Source: Candidatus Uhrbacteria bacterium (GTDB lineage: Bacteria; Patescibacteriota; Patescibacteriia; UBA9934). From it: a stretch of DNA of 55,732 nt. The first letter of the stretch is position 1. Each line of letters starts with the position of its first letter. Both the position numbers and the translations under genes were made by a program. Of the stretch, positions 1 through 8,908 are shown in pieces. The stretch is taken from NCBI GenBank assembly GCA_943359325.1, contig CALRHD010000005.1:1-55732 (forward strand), written 5' to 3'. Below the pieces are notes generated by a model. It worked only from the letters and a program-made list of their open reading frames with translations, made no database searches and had not been told where the DNA came from.

Positions 1-875
1 TCTTTTGGTAATGGCGCGGTGAATGTTTTTTCCTCTCCGTTTGTAAGAGTGATGGTGAGTGATCGAGCGTGGAGGAAAAGTCGACCAAGCGAAAACGGTT
101 TGACGCCTTTTTGTGCGTAGAGTGTGTCTCCTGCAACGGCGTGCTGCAGTGCAAAAAAGTGTGCGCGAATTTGGTGCGTGCGGCCAGTTTCGATGCGAAC
201 GTCGAGAAGAGTGCAATGTGGGAACCGCTCGAGAACGTCATAGTGCGTCACTGCCTCGCGGCCTTCTTGCGAAAGCGGACGTGCTGCCATTCTGCCGCCT
301 GTTGTGGCGCGAGCAATCGGAAAAGTAATGGTTCCTTCGTCGTCTTTGACGCTTCCGTGGACGAGGACGGTATAGATTTTTTTGGTGAGGCGTGCGGCGA
401 ATTGTTTTTTACAGTGGAGGAACGCTTCGGGTGTTTTTGCGGCGAGGAGGACGCCTGACGCTTCGCGGTCGAGACGGTGTACAAGCCCTGCGCGGTTTGC
501 GTGGTCCCCGACCAATTTCATGGCGGGGTAGCGGGCGAGAAGGGCGTCGGCAAGAGTGAATTCGTGCGTTTTTGGTGCGGGGTGTGAGAGGAGTCCGGCG
601 GGCTTATTGACGACAATAACGTCGTCATCTTCAAAAAGAATATCAAGTTCTGGCATATCGCCCGTTGGTGTTGTAGCAGGTGAAAGAAGATCATCGTCGT
701 ACGTCACAATGTTCGCTATGCCGACTATGAGATGTGCATTTGCAGGCTTCCCGTCAACAAAAATACGGCCGCCTTTTATTGCCTTCTGCACCTGGCTGCG
801 GCTTATGCCAAGCAGTGGGGTGAGAGCGAGGTCGAGACGTTCGGGAGTTTCGTTTGTGAGACACAGGGTTTTCAT
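1..875 (-). CDS. RluA/RluD-type pseudouridine synthase; the 3' end runs off the window
   Basis: Absent from the ORF track because it has no stop in the window. Manual reverse-complement translation from the ATG (cat at 873-875) gives MKTLCLTNETPERLDLALTPLLGISRSQVQKAIKGGRIFVDGKPA (S4-like N-terminus), VVNKPAGLLSHP, HRLDREASG (catalytic HRLDxxTSG-type motif) and GRTHQIRAH. The frame stays open to position 1. Confidence 0.85.
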   Translation of the reverse strand, partial: MKTLCLTNETPERLDLALTPLLGISRSQVQKAIKGGRIFVDGKPANAHLIVGIANIVTYDDDLLSPATTPTGDMPELDILFEDDDVIVVNKPAGLLSHPAPKTHEFTLADALLARYPAMKLVGDHANRAGLVHRLDREASGVLLAAKTPEAFLHCKKQFAARLTKKIYTVLVHGSVKDDEGTITFPIARATTGGRMAARPLSQEGREAVTHYDVLERFPHCTLLDVRIETGRTHQIRAHFFALQHAVAGDTLYAQKGVKPFSLGRLFLHARSLTITLTNGEEKTFTAPLPK

Positions 876-938
876 TCCGTGAGTATTGCACACGTTGCGA
901 CTTTTCGCCAATGTTGGTACGATATTGACGCACAAAAG

Positions 939-1015
939 GGGTCCGTAGCTCAGTTGGTTAGAGTCCCGAGCTTATACCTCGGTCGTCCTTGGTTCGAGTC
1001 CAAGCGGACCCACCA
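939..1015 (+). tRNA. tRNA-Ile, anticodon UAU, CCA encoded
   Basis: Manual cloverleaf. Acceptor GGGTCCG/CGGACCC, D arm GCTC..GAGT, anticodon stem CCGAG/CTCGG with loop CTTATAC (positions 34-36 = TAT), T arm CTTGG-TTCGAGT-CCAAG, discriminator A, CCA. Confidence 0.85.
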
Positions 1016-1024
1016 TAAAAGTCT

Positions 1025-1183
1025 ATGTTTTTTGTCACGATAATTCTCGTCATTCTCGGCGTCGTGTTTGCGGTGTGGGGCGTTCGCGCCCATTCCAAAG
1101 AAACGATATACCTCGCGCTGTGCTTTTTTGCCGCCGCGCTCGGCACAGGCGTTATTGAATTTTTTGCCCTAACGGCGTTCTAG
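1025..1183 (+). CDS. Possible 52-aa small membrane protein, below the ORF-track cutoff
   Basis: Manual translation gives MFFVTIILVILGVVFAVWGVRAHSKETIYLALCFFAAALGTGVIEFFALTAF, i.e. two hydrophobic helices. No homology evidence. Confidence 0.3.
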   Translation: MFFVTIILVILGVVFAVWGVRAHSKETIYLALCFFAAALGTGVIEFFALTAF

Positions 1184-1196
1184 AGCCTTATCACAT

Positions 1197-1583
1197 ATGC
1201 CAGTGAGTGATGGATTGTTGACGTTTGTTCCTGCGGAGTCGTTTACCATATTGTTGGCAGGTGCGTGGTTTGTGGTGTTTTGGATTTTGGGTGGTGTGCT
1301 TTTTGCCGCGGTATCGACGATACACTTCTTGAAACTGAAAAAGACACGTTTCAGTTGTCTGTTTTCTCTTGCCAGTGCAGCTGCGGCGTACGGAGCGGCA
1401 GCCACAGGTATCGTTGTCGGAAAAGAACATATACAAGACTGCCTTACTGTGCCCGCCTTTCTCGATTGTGGTGCGAAAGAGATCTTTCTTTCCGGTGGCG
1501 CGTGGTTTATTGTCCTCATGCTCCTCAGTCTTTTGCTCATGTTGCTTTCTCGACGCGAATCAAAACCGTTGACACCATCGTGA
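1197..1583 (+). CDS. Hypothetical membrane protein
   Basis: 128-aa ORF with an ATG start and 3-4 hydrophobic segments (LLAGAWFVVFWILGGVLFAAV, AAAAYGAAATGIVVG, GGAWFIVLMLLSLLLMLL). No recognisable family. Confidence 0.45.
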   Translation: MPVSDGLLTFVPAESFTILLAGAWFVVFWILGGVLFAAVSTIHFLKLKKTRFSCLFSLASAAAAYGAAATGIVVGKEHIQDCLTVPAFLDCGAKEIFLSGGAWFIVLMLLSLLLMLLSRRESKPLTPS

Positions 1584-1636
1584 CGACCTCGTATAGTTTT
1601 GCCGCACACATTAAAAACAGGCTCTAAGGAAAAAAT

Positions 1637-1713
1637 GGGCGGTTAGCTCAGTTGGTTAGAGCGTCACATTGACATTGTGAAGGTCGATGGTTCGAACCCA
1701 TTACCGCCCACCA
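1637..1713 (+). tRNA. tRNA-Val, anticodon GAC, CCA encoded
   Basis: Acceptor GGGCGGT/ACCGCCC, anticodon stem TCACA/TGTGA with loop TTGACAT, T arm GATGG-TTCGAAC-CCATT. Confidence 0.9.
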
Positions 1714-1715
1714 AG

Positions 1716-1745
1716 AAATCCCTGCTTCTGCGGGGATTTTTTGTA
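1716..1745 (+). terminator. Intrinsic terminator after tRNA-Val
   Basis: AAATCCC-loop-GGGATTT hairpin followed by a T-run (ggggattttttg). Confidence 0.6.
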
Positions 1746-1756
1746 TTTTTTGATTT

Positions 1757-1791
1757 TTCAACACTAGGCACTGTCAGTGCTTAGTGTTGAA
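1757..1791. repeat. REP-like palindrome, copy 1 (TAGG/CTTA variant)
   Basis: TTCAACACTAGGCACTG-T-CAGTGCTTAGTGTTGAA. The arms are identical to the copy at 44757-44787, and the unit is near-identical to the two copies flanking the Y1 transposase at 43343-43924. Confidence 0.85.
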
Positions 1792-1833
1792 ATATTGTGT
1801 CTGTGATGGTATTTATAATCTGCGAGGTGATTC

Positions 1834-2250
1834 ATGAACAAGTTATGGATTCCTGAAATGGGGAAAGTGCGCACAATTTCGCTTTCACAGCGTATTCGTC
1901 CCGTGGTTTTTTGTCACAGGGGTGGGCAGGCCGGTCACTACTATATCAAACCTGTCGACGTCTTCTATGTGCCGTTTCTGTGGGAGCCGGTTGTCGGCAG
2001 CGAGAAGATGCAGGGAGGCAAGCGATATACCGACATCGTGACGTTTCACACGATTAGAGAGCGCGACAGGCTGACTGCGACAGTCGCCGAGGTGTTAGCG
2101 CAGATTCCCGACCAGCTCCTTACTTCAGCAGTCGCATTTGAAGGGAGGGATGTACCTGTGCTCGCAAGAGTGGATCCCGTCCTTTTGGCGAACGAACATG
2201 CTGCGCTGCGTGACGGCTACCACACCATGATCACGCGAATTTACTTCTAG
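1834..2250 (+). CDS. Hypothetical protein
   Basis: 138-aa ORF with GAGGTG 5 nt upstream of the ATG. No recognisable motif. Confidence 0.5.
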   Translation: MNKLWIPEMGKVRTISLSQRIRPVVFCHRGGQAGHYYIKPVDVFYVPFLWEPVVGSEKMQGGKRYTDIVTFHTIRERDRLTATVAEVLAQIPDQLLTSAVAFEGRDVPVLARVDPVLLANEHAALRDGYHTMITRIYF

Positions 2251-2299
2251 TACGACCCTTTGCAGATGTGTGCTGTGAGGGGCGTTTTGTTTTACGCGC

Positions 2300-3640
2300 T
2301 TATATTTTTCCGATTTCAAGACGCAGCAAATGCATTGCCTCGTCGCGGTTGGTGACGAGGCCACTCAGTTGCGCGTCGCGGATTTTGGAGAGAAGTCGGC
2401 GGTAGAGGGGGCCGGGTGGAATGCCGAGCGTGTCGAGGTCACGGCCGCGGAGCAGTTTTGGTGACGCATCTCTTTGCTCATCGTAACGGTCGAGTAGTCG
2501 GCGTGCAACATGCATACGTTCTCTGCCAACGTGGTGGGTGCCTTCGTCAAGAAAAACGGCGTGCATGAGTGCGAGCAGTTGACGACCACGTTGATTGCCA
2601 AAGATTTTTTCGAATGCTGATGGTTGCAAAGAGGCCGGGTCGATGTCCGTAAACATGCGGAGGTTGTCGAGGAGCCACGTGGTGTCGTCGACATCGCAGT
2701 GCGAGGGGTGAGAGCTGTGAATTTCGTGGAGATGATAATCGCGAGCGAGATTTTTGATGACCGTTGTTGCATTTGGCTCGTTCGCGAGGAGTGCGGCGAG
2801 CGTCGCGGCGTTCGATAGTTTTTCGACACCGTGGCCGCCGAGTGTTTCAGGATGAGCAAAAGTGTGGAGCATGGCGACAGAATGAGCAGAGGTGTCGTCA
2901 TTTACGTTTGGTGCAAGCGTCGACAAAAGGCCGCTTGCGTGGACAAGTGAGGCGCCGTAACGGCTGTTTGCGGCGAGAATGTCGAGAAGCGCATGGCCAA
3001 GCACGCGACGAGGAATTGTAAAACGCGACAGGCCTTCGTCGTCATGTTCCGTGATATGAAGGCGGGGGAGTGATCGCGTCAATGCGTGCCACGTTTCGCC
3101 AGCGAAAGTGAATTCGTGCTGTGCGGCGAGACGAAGTGCGCGGAGTGTCGCGAGCGGTTCGTTGGCAAATGTGCGGAGTGGGTAGTTGGTTGTTCGGAGC
3201 GTGCGAGTTTTTATGTCGTCAAGGCCGTTGCCATTTGCATCGTCGATGGCATGGTCGCGGTAGCGATAAGTGAGGCTGTCGACCGTAAATTCTTTTCGCT
3301 CTTGTGGTGTCGTTGATAAAATAATTGTGTGCGCTGCGTCGTTTGGTGCGAATGTCATGACGTCGCCGTATCCCTCAAGTTGAAAATTGCCGTACGGCGT
3401 GAGTGCGCTACGAATGTCATGTGACGATGTGTGGTGAATAGTGACATGTGGCGTTGCAGGAATATGCCCAAGTAAAATGGTGCGAAGCGTCGCGCCGCCA
3501 AGAGAGAGATCGGCGTTTGGCTGCCGTCGCAAAAATGGATTGACCCACTGTAAGCGCGGATCCCTTGCAATAAAATCACGCACCCGTTCAGCGGGAGGCA
3601 TGGAAAAATTTGCGTAGCGCAAAAGCAAGTCCTCAGACAT
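2300..3640 (-). CDS. tRNA nucleotidyltransferase / poly(A) polymerase family protein (CCA-adding-enzyme-like) with a degenerate active-site motif
   Basis: LSLGGATLRTILLG matches the GGxVRDxLLG head motif, KEFTVDSLTY matches RRDFTINA, and FANEPLATLRALRLAAQ matches F.eDPLRiLRA.RFaa. There is no acidic DxD after LLG (HIPATPHVTIHH). Confidence 0.75.
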   Translation of the reverse strand: MSEDLLLRYANFSMPPAERVRDFIARDPRLQWVNPFLRRQPNADLSLGGATLRTILLGHIPATPHVTIHHTSSHDIRSALTPYGNFQLEGYGDVMTFAPNDAAHTIILSTTPQERKEFTVDSLTYRYRDHAIDDANGNGLDDIKTRTLRTTNYPLRTFANEPLATLRALRLAAQHEFTFAGETWHALTRSLPRLHITEHDDEGLSRFTIPRRVLGHALLDILAANSRYGASLVHASGLLSTLAPNVNDDTSAHSVAMLHTFAHPETLGGHGVEKLSNAATLAALLANEPNATTVIKNLARDYHLHEIHSSHPSHCDVDDTTWLLDNLRMFTDIDPASLQPSAFEKIFGNQRGRQLLALMHAVFLDEGTHHVGRERMHVARRLLDRYDEQRDASPKLLRGRDLDTLGIPPGPLYRRLLSKIRDAQLSGLVTNRDEAMHLLRLEIGKI

Positions 3641-3662
3641 GTGATAATTATATCACATTACA

Positions 3663-3829
3663 CTTCGCCTCTGCTTCTTTCGCCGCTCGGGTACGTTTCC
3701 CCGACATCGCGGAGGAGCAGCTCTTACGATCGTCGAATATATCCTGAATAGGATTCGACGACTGAATCGTGCTATTCCTCCACGAGTCGTGAAAAGTACC
3801 ACTCGCGGCTTGGTCGCCGAGGCGAAAAG
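3663..3829. repeat. Long imperfect palindrome, family A, copy 1 (about 167 nt)
   Basis: The left arm cttcgcctc..gggtacgtttccccgacatcgcggagg..cgatcgtcgaat pairs with the right arm attcgacgactgaatcgtg..cctccacgagtcgtgaaaagtacc..gaggcgaaaag. About 80% identical to the reverse complement of 29745-29897. Confidence 0.8.
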
Positions 3830-3833
3830 CACA

Positions 3834-4988
3834 TCACCGTTTCAGCTCAATCCGCAAATGTGTGATGAGTATCTTCTCTGCCTCCACAATATCCGTTGTG
3901 GAAAGTGACAAGTGAGCAGCTTCGCGGGTGCCGCTGGCTTTGAATGGAGAGCCGAGTTGAAGGGCGTCGTGTGGCCTACTGGTGTGAAGGCGTACGGCGA
4001 TATGGTCGTCGTCATGTTCGTAAAGAATAGCAACGACATCGGCGTCGGGGGATGTGGCGAGCAGTTCTTCCACAATGTCGTCGAGAGCGTGTTCGTTCGT
4101 TCCTGCAGCGATAAAGTCCTGTTTCGTGAGCAGCGTCCACACCAAACGAACGTCGTTGTCGACTTTGAGACGTGCCAATGCTCTGCCCCACAAGCGCAAT
4201 GTTTCGACACTGCGAGTGCGGTAGAGTTTTTCGACGATTTCGTCGCGTCGTCCCCCTTTGTTCATGAGCGCTCCTGCGGTTTTGAGCGTTTTTGGTGTGA
4301 CGTTTGGTGTTTTGAAACTCTTTGTTTTCGCAATCATGCCTGCCAAAAAACATGTTGCAACGTCGGCGTCGATGAGATTTTCGTCGATGCGCGTAAGCAA
4401 ATCGAAACACGCTTCACCGTTTGCAACGGCACTGATGTCGACAAGATTCATGTGACCAAAATGTTCGTTTGCGGCGGTGTGGTCGATGTTGATAATCGGC
4501 GTATTGAAAAAGAAATCTGCGTAGGCCGTTGCAACGTCGCCGAGTGCCGTAATGTCGGAAACACCGATCATGAGAATAACGTCGTAGCGATAACCGGTCG
4601 TTGATACACGCACGTCGTCGCTCCGCCATGCGCCGTGCTTTGGCGTGACGTCGATGCGCAGTATGTCGTTTTCGGTGACGTGTGTAAGTGTGTCGACTTT
4701 TGCATTTGCACAGTCGATGGTGATGGTGACGCTGCGAATATTTGGGAGATCGTGGAGGACGACACGGCCGTTCGCGAGGAATGCGAGATTTTGCGGAACA
4801 GGAGCGCCTGCAGAAAGAATGTCGATTTTTTTGCCAAGCGCCTCAATGATGCGTGCAAGGCCGAACGCAGTTGCGATGTCGTCAATATGTGGCGTTTCAG
4901 AAAGCACGATAACCGGCCGTTCTGCACGTTTGATCTGGCTAAGAAATTGTTCGTGGAGGAGCAGAGACACAGCAGTCGTCAGGAACAT
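3834..4988 (-). CDS. DHH-family phosphoesterase (NrnA-like), motifs partly degenerate
   Basis: Has the N-terminal HIDDIATAFGLA motif, NIDHTAANEHFG (DHH motif reading DHT), and a DHHA1-like C-terminus. 384 aa is typical for the family. Confidence 0.75.
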   Translation of the reverse strand: MFLTTAVSLLLHEQFLSQIKRAERPVIVLSETPHIDDIATAFGLARIIEALGKKIDILSAGAPVPQNLAFLANGRVVLHDLPNIRSVTITIDCANAKVDTLTHVTENDILRIDVTPKHGAWRSDDVRVSTTGYRYDVILMIGVSDITALGDVATAYADFFFNTPIINIDHTAANEHFGHMNLVDISAVANGEACFDLLTRIDENLIDADVATCFLAGMIAKTKSFKTPNVTPKTLKTAGALMNKGGRRDEIVEKLYRTRSVETLRLWGRALARLKVDNDVRLVWTLLTKQDFIAAGTNEHALDDIVEELLATSPDADVVAILYEHDDDHIAVRLHTSRPHDALQLGSPFKASGTREAAHLSLSTTDIVEAEKILITHLRIELKR

Positions 4989-5077
4989 GAATGAGGGGGC
5001 AGTGTAGACACGTAGCCCTCGAGCGTCAAGAAAGGCGATTGCTTTTTTGCTGTCTTTTGATACGATTGGGGGTATCT

Positions 5078-7666
5078 ATGGACGAGTTTGCAAAAGCGTA
5101 CGAGCCAAAGTTGGTGGAAGACGGCATATACGAAAAATGGTTGCAGAGTGGTTTTTTTGCACCCGAGAATTTACCAGGGGAGCGCACAGAGGCGTTTTCT
5201 ATTGTGTTGCCGCCACCGAATGTGACAGGCACGCTGCACATGGGGCACGCCGCGATGTTGGCGATTGAAGACGCGATGATTCGTTTTGCGCGACTGTCGG
5301 GCAAAAAAACGGTGTGGATTCCTGGCACCGACCATGCGGCGATTGCGACACAGAGCAAAGTTGAAGGCATGATTTTTAAAGAGGAGGGCAAAACACGACA
5401 CGATCTTGGCCGAGACGAATTTTTGGCACGCGTGCAAAAATTTGCGGCAGAGAGTCGCAACACGATTGTTGATCAGTGTCAAAAAATGGGTGCGTCGCTT
5501 GACTGGAGTCGCGAGGCGTACACACTCGATGCTGCGCGTAACAACGCCGTGAACGTCGCGTTCAAAAAAATGTATGACGACGGACTTATTTATCGCGGCT
5601 ATCGCGTGGTGAACTGGGATCCCGTAGGGCAGACAACAATTGCTGACGATGAAATTGTGCACAAAGAAGTCGAGTCGACGTTGTACACGTTCCGGTATGC
5701 AAAAGACTTTCCGATTGCGATTTCTACGACGCGCCCCGAAACAAAAGTGGGGGACACGGCGGTGGCGGTGCATCCTACAGACAAACGCTACAAAAAATTT
5801 GTTGGCAAAGTTTTTGACGTTGATTTTTGTGGCGCATCGTTATCGATAACCGTTGTTGCAGATGAGAGTGTCGACCCAATGTTTGGAACAGGTGCGCTGG
5901 GAGTGACTCCTGCGCACAGTACTATTGATGCAGATATCGCGGCACGCCACGATCTTCCCATGACGCAGGTTATTGGTGAGGATGCAAAAATGATGCAATC
6001 TGCAGGAACGATTGTCGCAGGAAAGACAACGAAAGAAGCACGAGTGATCGTTGTAGATTGGTTGCGCGAAAATAATCTCATCGAAAGCGAAGAGAAAACC
6101 GTACAGAATTTGTCGACGGCCGAGCGTTCGGGTGGCGCTATTGAACCATTGCCAAAGATGCAGTGGTTTGTGAGTGTTACCAAGGAGTTCGATCGTCATG
6201 GCAAGAAAGCCACATTGAAATCGCTCATGCAGGACGCAGTACGTTCTAAAACTGTAGAAATTTTGCCGGAACGATTCGAAAAAACATACTTTCACTGGAT
6301 CGACAATTTGCGCGACTGGAACATTTCGCGCCAGATTTGGTTTGGGCATAGAGTTCCCGTGTGGTATCGCGGTGATGAGATTGCTGTGGGTGAAGCGATG
6401 GGTGATGGTTGGGAACAGGATCCCGACACGCTTGATACGTGGTTTAGTAGCGGATTGTGGACGTTCTCTACGCTTGGGTGGCCTGACGAGAAAAAGTTTT
6501 TAGAGAATCGGGAGTTTCATCCAACGACCGTTCTTGAGACAGGTTACGATATTTTGTTTTTCTGGGTTGCACGAATGATCCTCATGTCGACATATCTTCT
6601 TGGCGAGGTGCCGTTCAAAACTGTGTACCTCCATGGTTTAGTACGCGACGAACAAGGGCGCAAGATGAGTAAATCGCTTGGCAACATCATCAATCCGCTC
6701 GACATGATTGCAAAGTACGGTGCCGATGCAACTCGACTGTCACTGGTGATTGGTAGTACACCAGGGAATGACGTCAAATTGTCGGAGGAGAAGATTGCGG
6801 GTTTTCGTAACTTCACAAATAAACTTTGGAACATTTCGCGGTTTGTCGAAATAACCACAAAGGGCTTGCACCACGTGGAAAGCGTTGAGCCGAATACGCT
6901 TGCCGACCGTTGGATTCTCGGTCGACTTTTGGAGGTTGCTGAAAAAGTGACTACGCTGCACGAAACATATCAACTTTCGCTTGCGGGAGAATTATTGCGG
7001 GAGTTTACATGGAGTGACTTTGCCGATTGGTATTTAGAAATCGCTAAAATTGAAAAAGGTAAAGATGACATGCTTTGTTATGTCCTCGAGCGTCTGCTTA
7101 TTTTGTGGCACCCGTTCATGCCGTTTGTGACAGAAGAAATCTACGCGCGATTTGGGAATGGGATGTTAATTGTTGCAGAGTGGCCGAAAAAAGAGTCCGG
7201 TTCCGCCGGAGAAAACGGTGATGCAGCGTATTTTCACACACTGCAAAACATCATCACGGCGATTAGGAATATCCGTGCCGAATATAAGGTTGAGCCAAAG
7301 AAGTTTATCGACGTTATGGTTTCAGATGCGGCCATCGTGGAGCACGCCGACATCATAAAAGCATTGGCACGAGTTGAAAATCTCACCGTTGGCAGCAAGG
7401 CAGAAAATTCCGTTTCTACGATTGTCGACGGTGTCGAGATTCGTGTGTTGCTTAAGGGACCTGTAGACGTCGCAAAAGAACATGCTCGGCTCGAAAAAGA
7501 ATACGAAGATACCACGAACTATATTCGTGTGCAGACGGAAAAGCTTGCGAACACGGATTTTGTGTCACGGGCGCCAGAGAAGGTCATCACCATTGAACGA
7601 ACGAAGTTGGACGAGGCGCAAACAAAGGCAAAAAAGATTGAACAACAATTGGCTTCAATGAAATAA
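5078..7666 (+). CDS. valS: Valine--tRNA ligase
   Basis: PPPNVTGTLHMGH (HIGH), KMSKSLGN, and a C-terminal coiled coil. The start is moved to the ATG at 5078 (MDEFAKAYEPK), preceded by ggggg. The track ORF start at 4991 adds an implausible extension. Confidence 0.97.
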   Translation: MDEFAKAYEPKLVEDGIYEKWLQSGFFAPENLPGERTEAFSIVLPPPNVTGTLHMGHAAMLAIEDAMIRFARLSGKKTVWIPGTDHAAIATQSKVEGMIFKEEGKTRHDLGRDEFLARVQKFAAESRNTIVDQCQKMGASLDWSREAYTLDAARNNAVNVAFKKMYDDGLIYRGYRVVNWDPVGQTTIADDEIVHKEVESTLYTFRYAKDFPIAISTTRPETKVGDTAVAVHPTDKRYKKFVGKVFDVDFCGASLSITVVADESVDPMFGTGALGVTPAHSTIDADIAARHDLPMTQVIGEDAKMMQSAGTIVAGKTTKEARVIVVDWLRENNLIESEEKTVQNLSTAERSGGAIEPLPKMQWFVSVTKEFDRHGKKATLKSLMQDAVRSKTVEILPERFEKTYFHWIDNLRDWNISRQIWFGHRVPVWYRGDEIAVGEAMGDGWEQDPDTLDTWFSSGLWTFSTLGWPDEKKFLENREFHPTTVLETGYDILFFWVARMILMSTYLLGEVPFKTVYLHGLVRDEQGRKMSKSLGNIINPLDMIAKYGADATRLSLVIGSTPGNDVKLSEEKIAGFRNFTNKLWNISRFVEITTKGLHHVESVEPNTLADRWILGRLLEVAEKVTTLHETYQLSLAGELLREFTWSDFADWYLEIAKIEKGKDDMLCYVLERLLILWHPFMPFVTEEIYARFGNGMLIVAEWPKKESGSAGENGDAAYFHTLQNIITAIRNIRAEYKVEPKKFIDVMVSDAAIVEHADIIKALARVENLTVGSKAENSVSTIVDGVEIRVLLKGPVDVAKEHARLEKEYEDTTNYIRVQTEKLANTDFVSRAPEKVITIERTKLDEAQTKAKKIEQQLASMK

Positions 7667-7676
7667 CGGAGGTTTT

Positions 7677-8903
7677 ATGATTACGGATAAACAACACATC
7701 GATCACGTTCTCTCTCGCGGTGTCGAAGCGGTGCTGCCGACACGAGATGCATTGGCAGAAATGCTCGCGAGTGGTAAGCGGATTCGGCTGTACTGCGGGT
7801 TTGACCCGACGGCGCCGTCGCTTCACATTGGGCACGCGCTTCAACTAAGAAAATTGAGAGAATTTCAAGACCTCGGTCACGAGGTTATTATGCTCGTGGG
7901 TTCGTTTACTGCAATGATCGGCGACCCAACCGACAAGGGTGCGGCACGTACACCACTTTCGGCGGAGCAAGTCATGGAAAACGCGAAGACGTGGAAAAAG
8001 ATGGCTTCCAAGTTTTTACGTTTTCATGGCGAGAACAAAGCGGTGGTGATGCACAACCACAGATGGCTCGGTAAACTCAATCTCGGCGATGTCGTCAATC
8101 TTGCGAGCAATTTTACTGTTCAGCAGATGATGGAGCGCGACATGTTTCAAAAACGACAGAAAGAGGGGAAGCCGATTTACCTCCATGAATTCATATATCC
8201 GCTCATGCAGGGCTACGATTCGGTAGTGATGGATGTCGACTTGGAAATTGGTGGAAACGATCAGTTATTTAACATGCTTGCGGGGAGAACGCTCATGAAG
8301 GCAATGAAGCAAAAAGAAAAATTTGTGCTTGCGCTCAAGCTTCTCACGAATGACGAGGGGAAGAAGATGAGCAAGACCGAGGGCGGATTTATCGCGATCG
8401 ATGACGTGCCGGAAGACATGTATGGAAAAATCATGGCTATGAACGACGGAATGATCGTGCCATATTTCGAGATTGTGACCGATGTGCCCGCGGAAGAGAT
8501 AACGAAGATTCGTGAAGAACTTTCAGGAGGAAAAAATCCCCGCGACGTGAAAATGGCGCTTGCAAAAACCGTTGTTGCAATGTTCCACGGCCCGCGTGCG
8601 GCGTCGAAAGCGGAAAAGCATTTTGTGGGTGTGATTCAAAATAAAGAAGCTCCAGATGAAATGCCGATATTCAATACAGCATTGCAGCAAGGAAATGCAT
8701 TGGTTCTTGGCGAAGGAGCCATGACGCTCGTTGATGTACTCGTGAAGGCAAAACTCGCTGTGTCGAACGGCGAAGCGCGACGATTGATAGAGCAGGGAGG
8801 TGTAACGCTCGACGACGTAAAAATCGACGACGCATTTCGTGATATGCGAAACGTGAAGGGTGTTTTACGACGTGGTAAACGACAGTTCGTTCGTCTGGTT
8901 TAG
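7677..8903 (+). CDS. tyrS: Tyrosine--tRNA ligase
   Basis: YCGFDPTAPSLHIGH, KKMSKT, and a C-terminal S4-like domain (SNGEARRLIEQGGV). Confidence 0.97.
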   Translation: MITDKQHIDHVLSRGVEAVLPTRDALAEMLASGKRIRLYCGFDPTAPSLHIGHALQLRKLREFQDLGHEVIMLVGSFTAMIGDPTDKGAARTPLSAEQVMENAKTWKKMASKFLRFHGENKAVVMHNHRWLGKLNLGDVVNLASNFTVQQMMERDMFQKRQKEGKPIYLHEFIYPLMQGYDSVVMDVDLEIGGNDQLFNMLAGRTLMKAMKQKEKFVLALKLLTNDEGKKMSKTEGGFIAIDDVPEDMYGKIMAMNDGMIVPYFEIVTDVPAEEITKIREELSGGKNPRDVKMALAKTVVAMFHGPRAASKAEKHFVGVIQNKEAPDEMPIFNTALQQGNALVLGEGAMTLVDVLVKAKLAVSNGEARRLIEQGGVTLDDVKIDDAFRDMRNVKGVLRRGKRQFVRLV

Positions 8904-8908
8904 GTTTT

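Noticed and set aside
4989-5077. T-box leader upstream of the valS-tyrS-argS cluster
   Set aside because: The spacer is under 90 nt with no specifier or T-box-like conserved sequence. It is too short for a T-box riboswitch.
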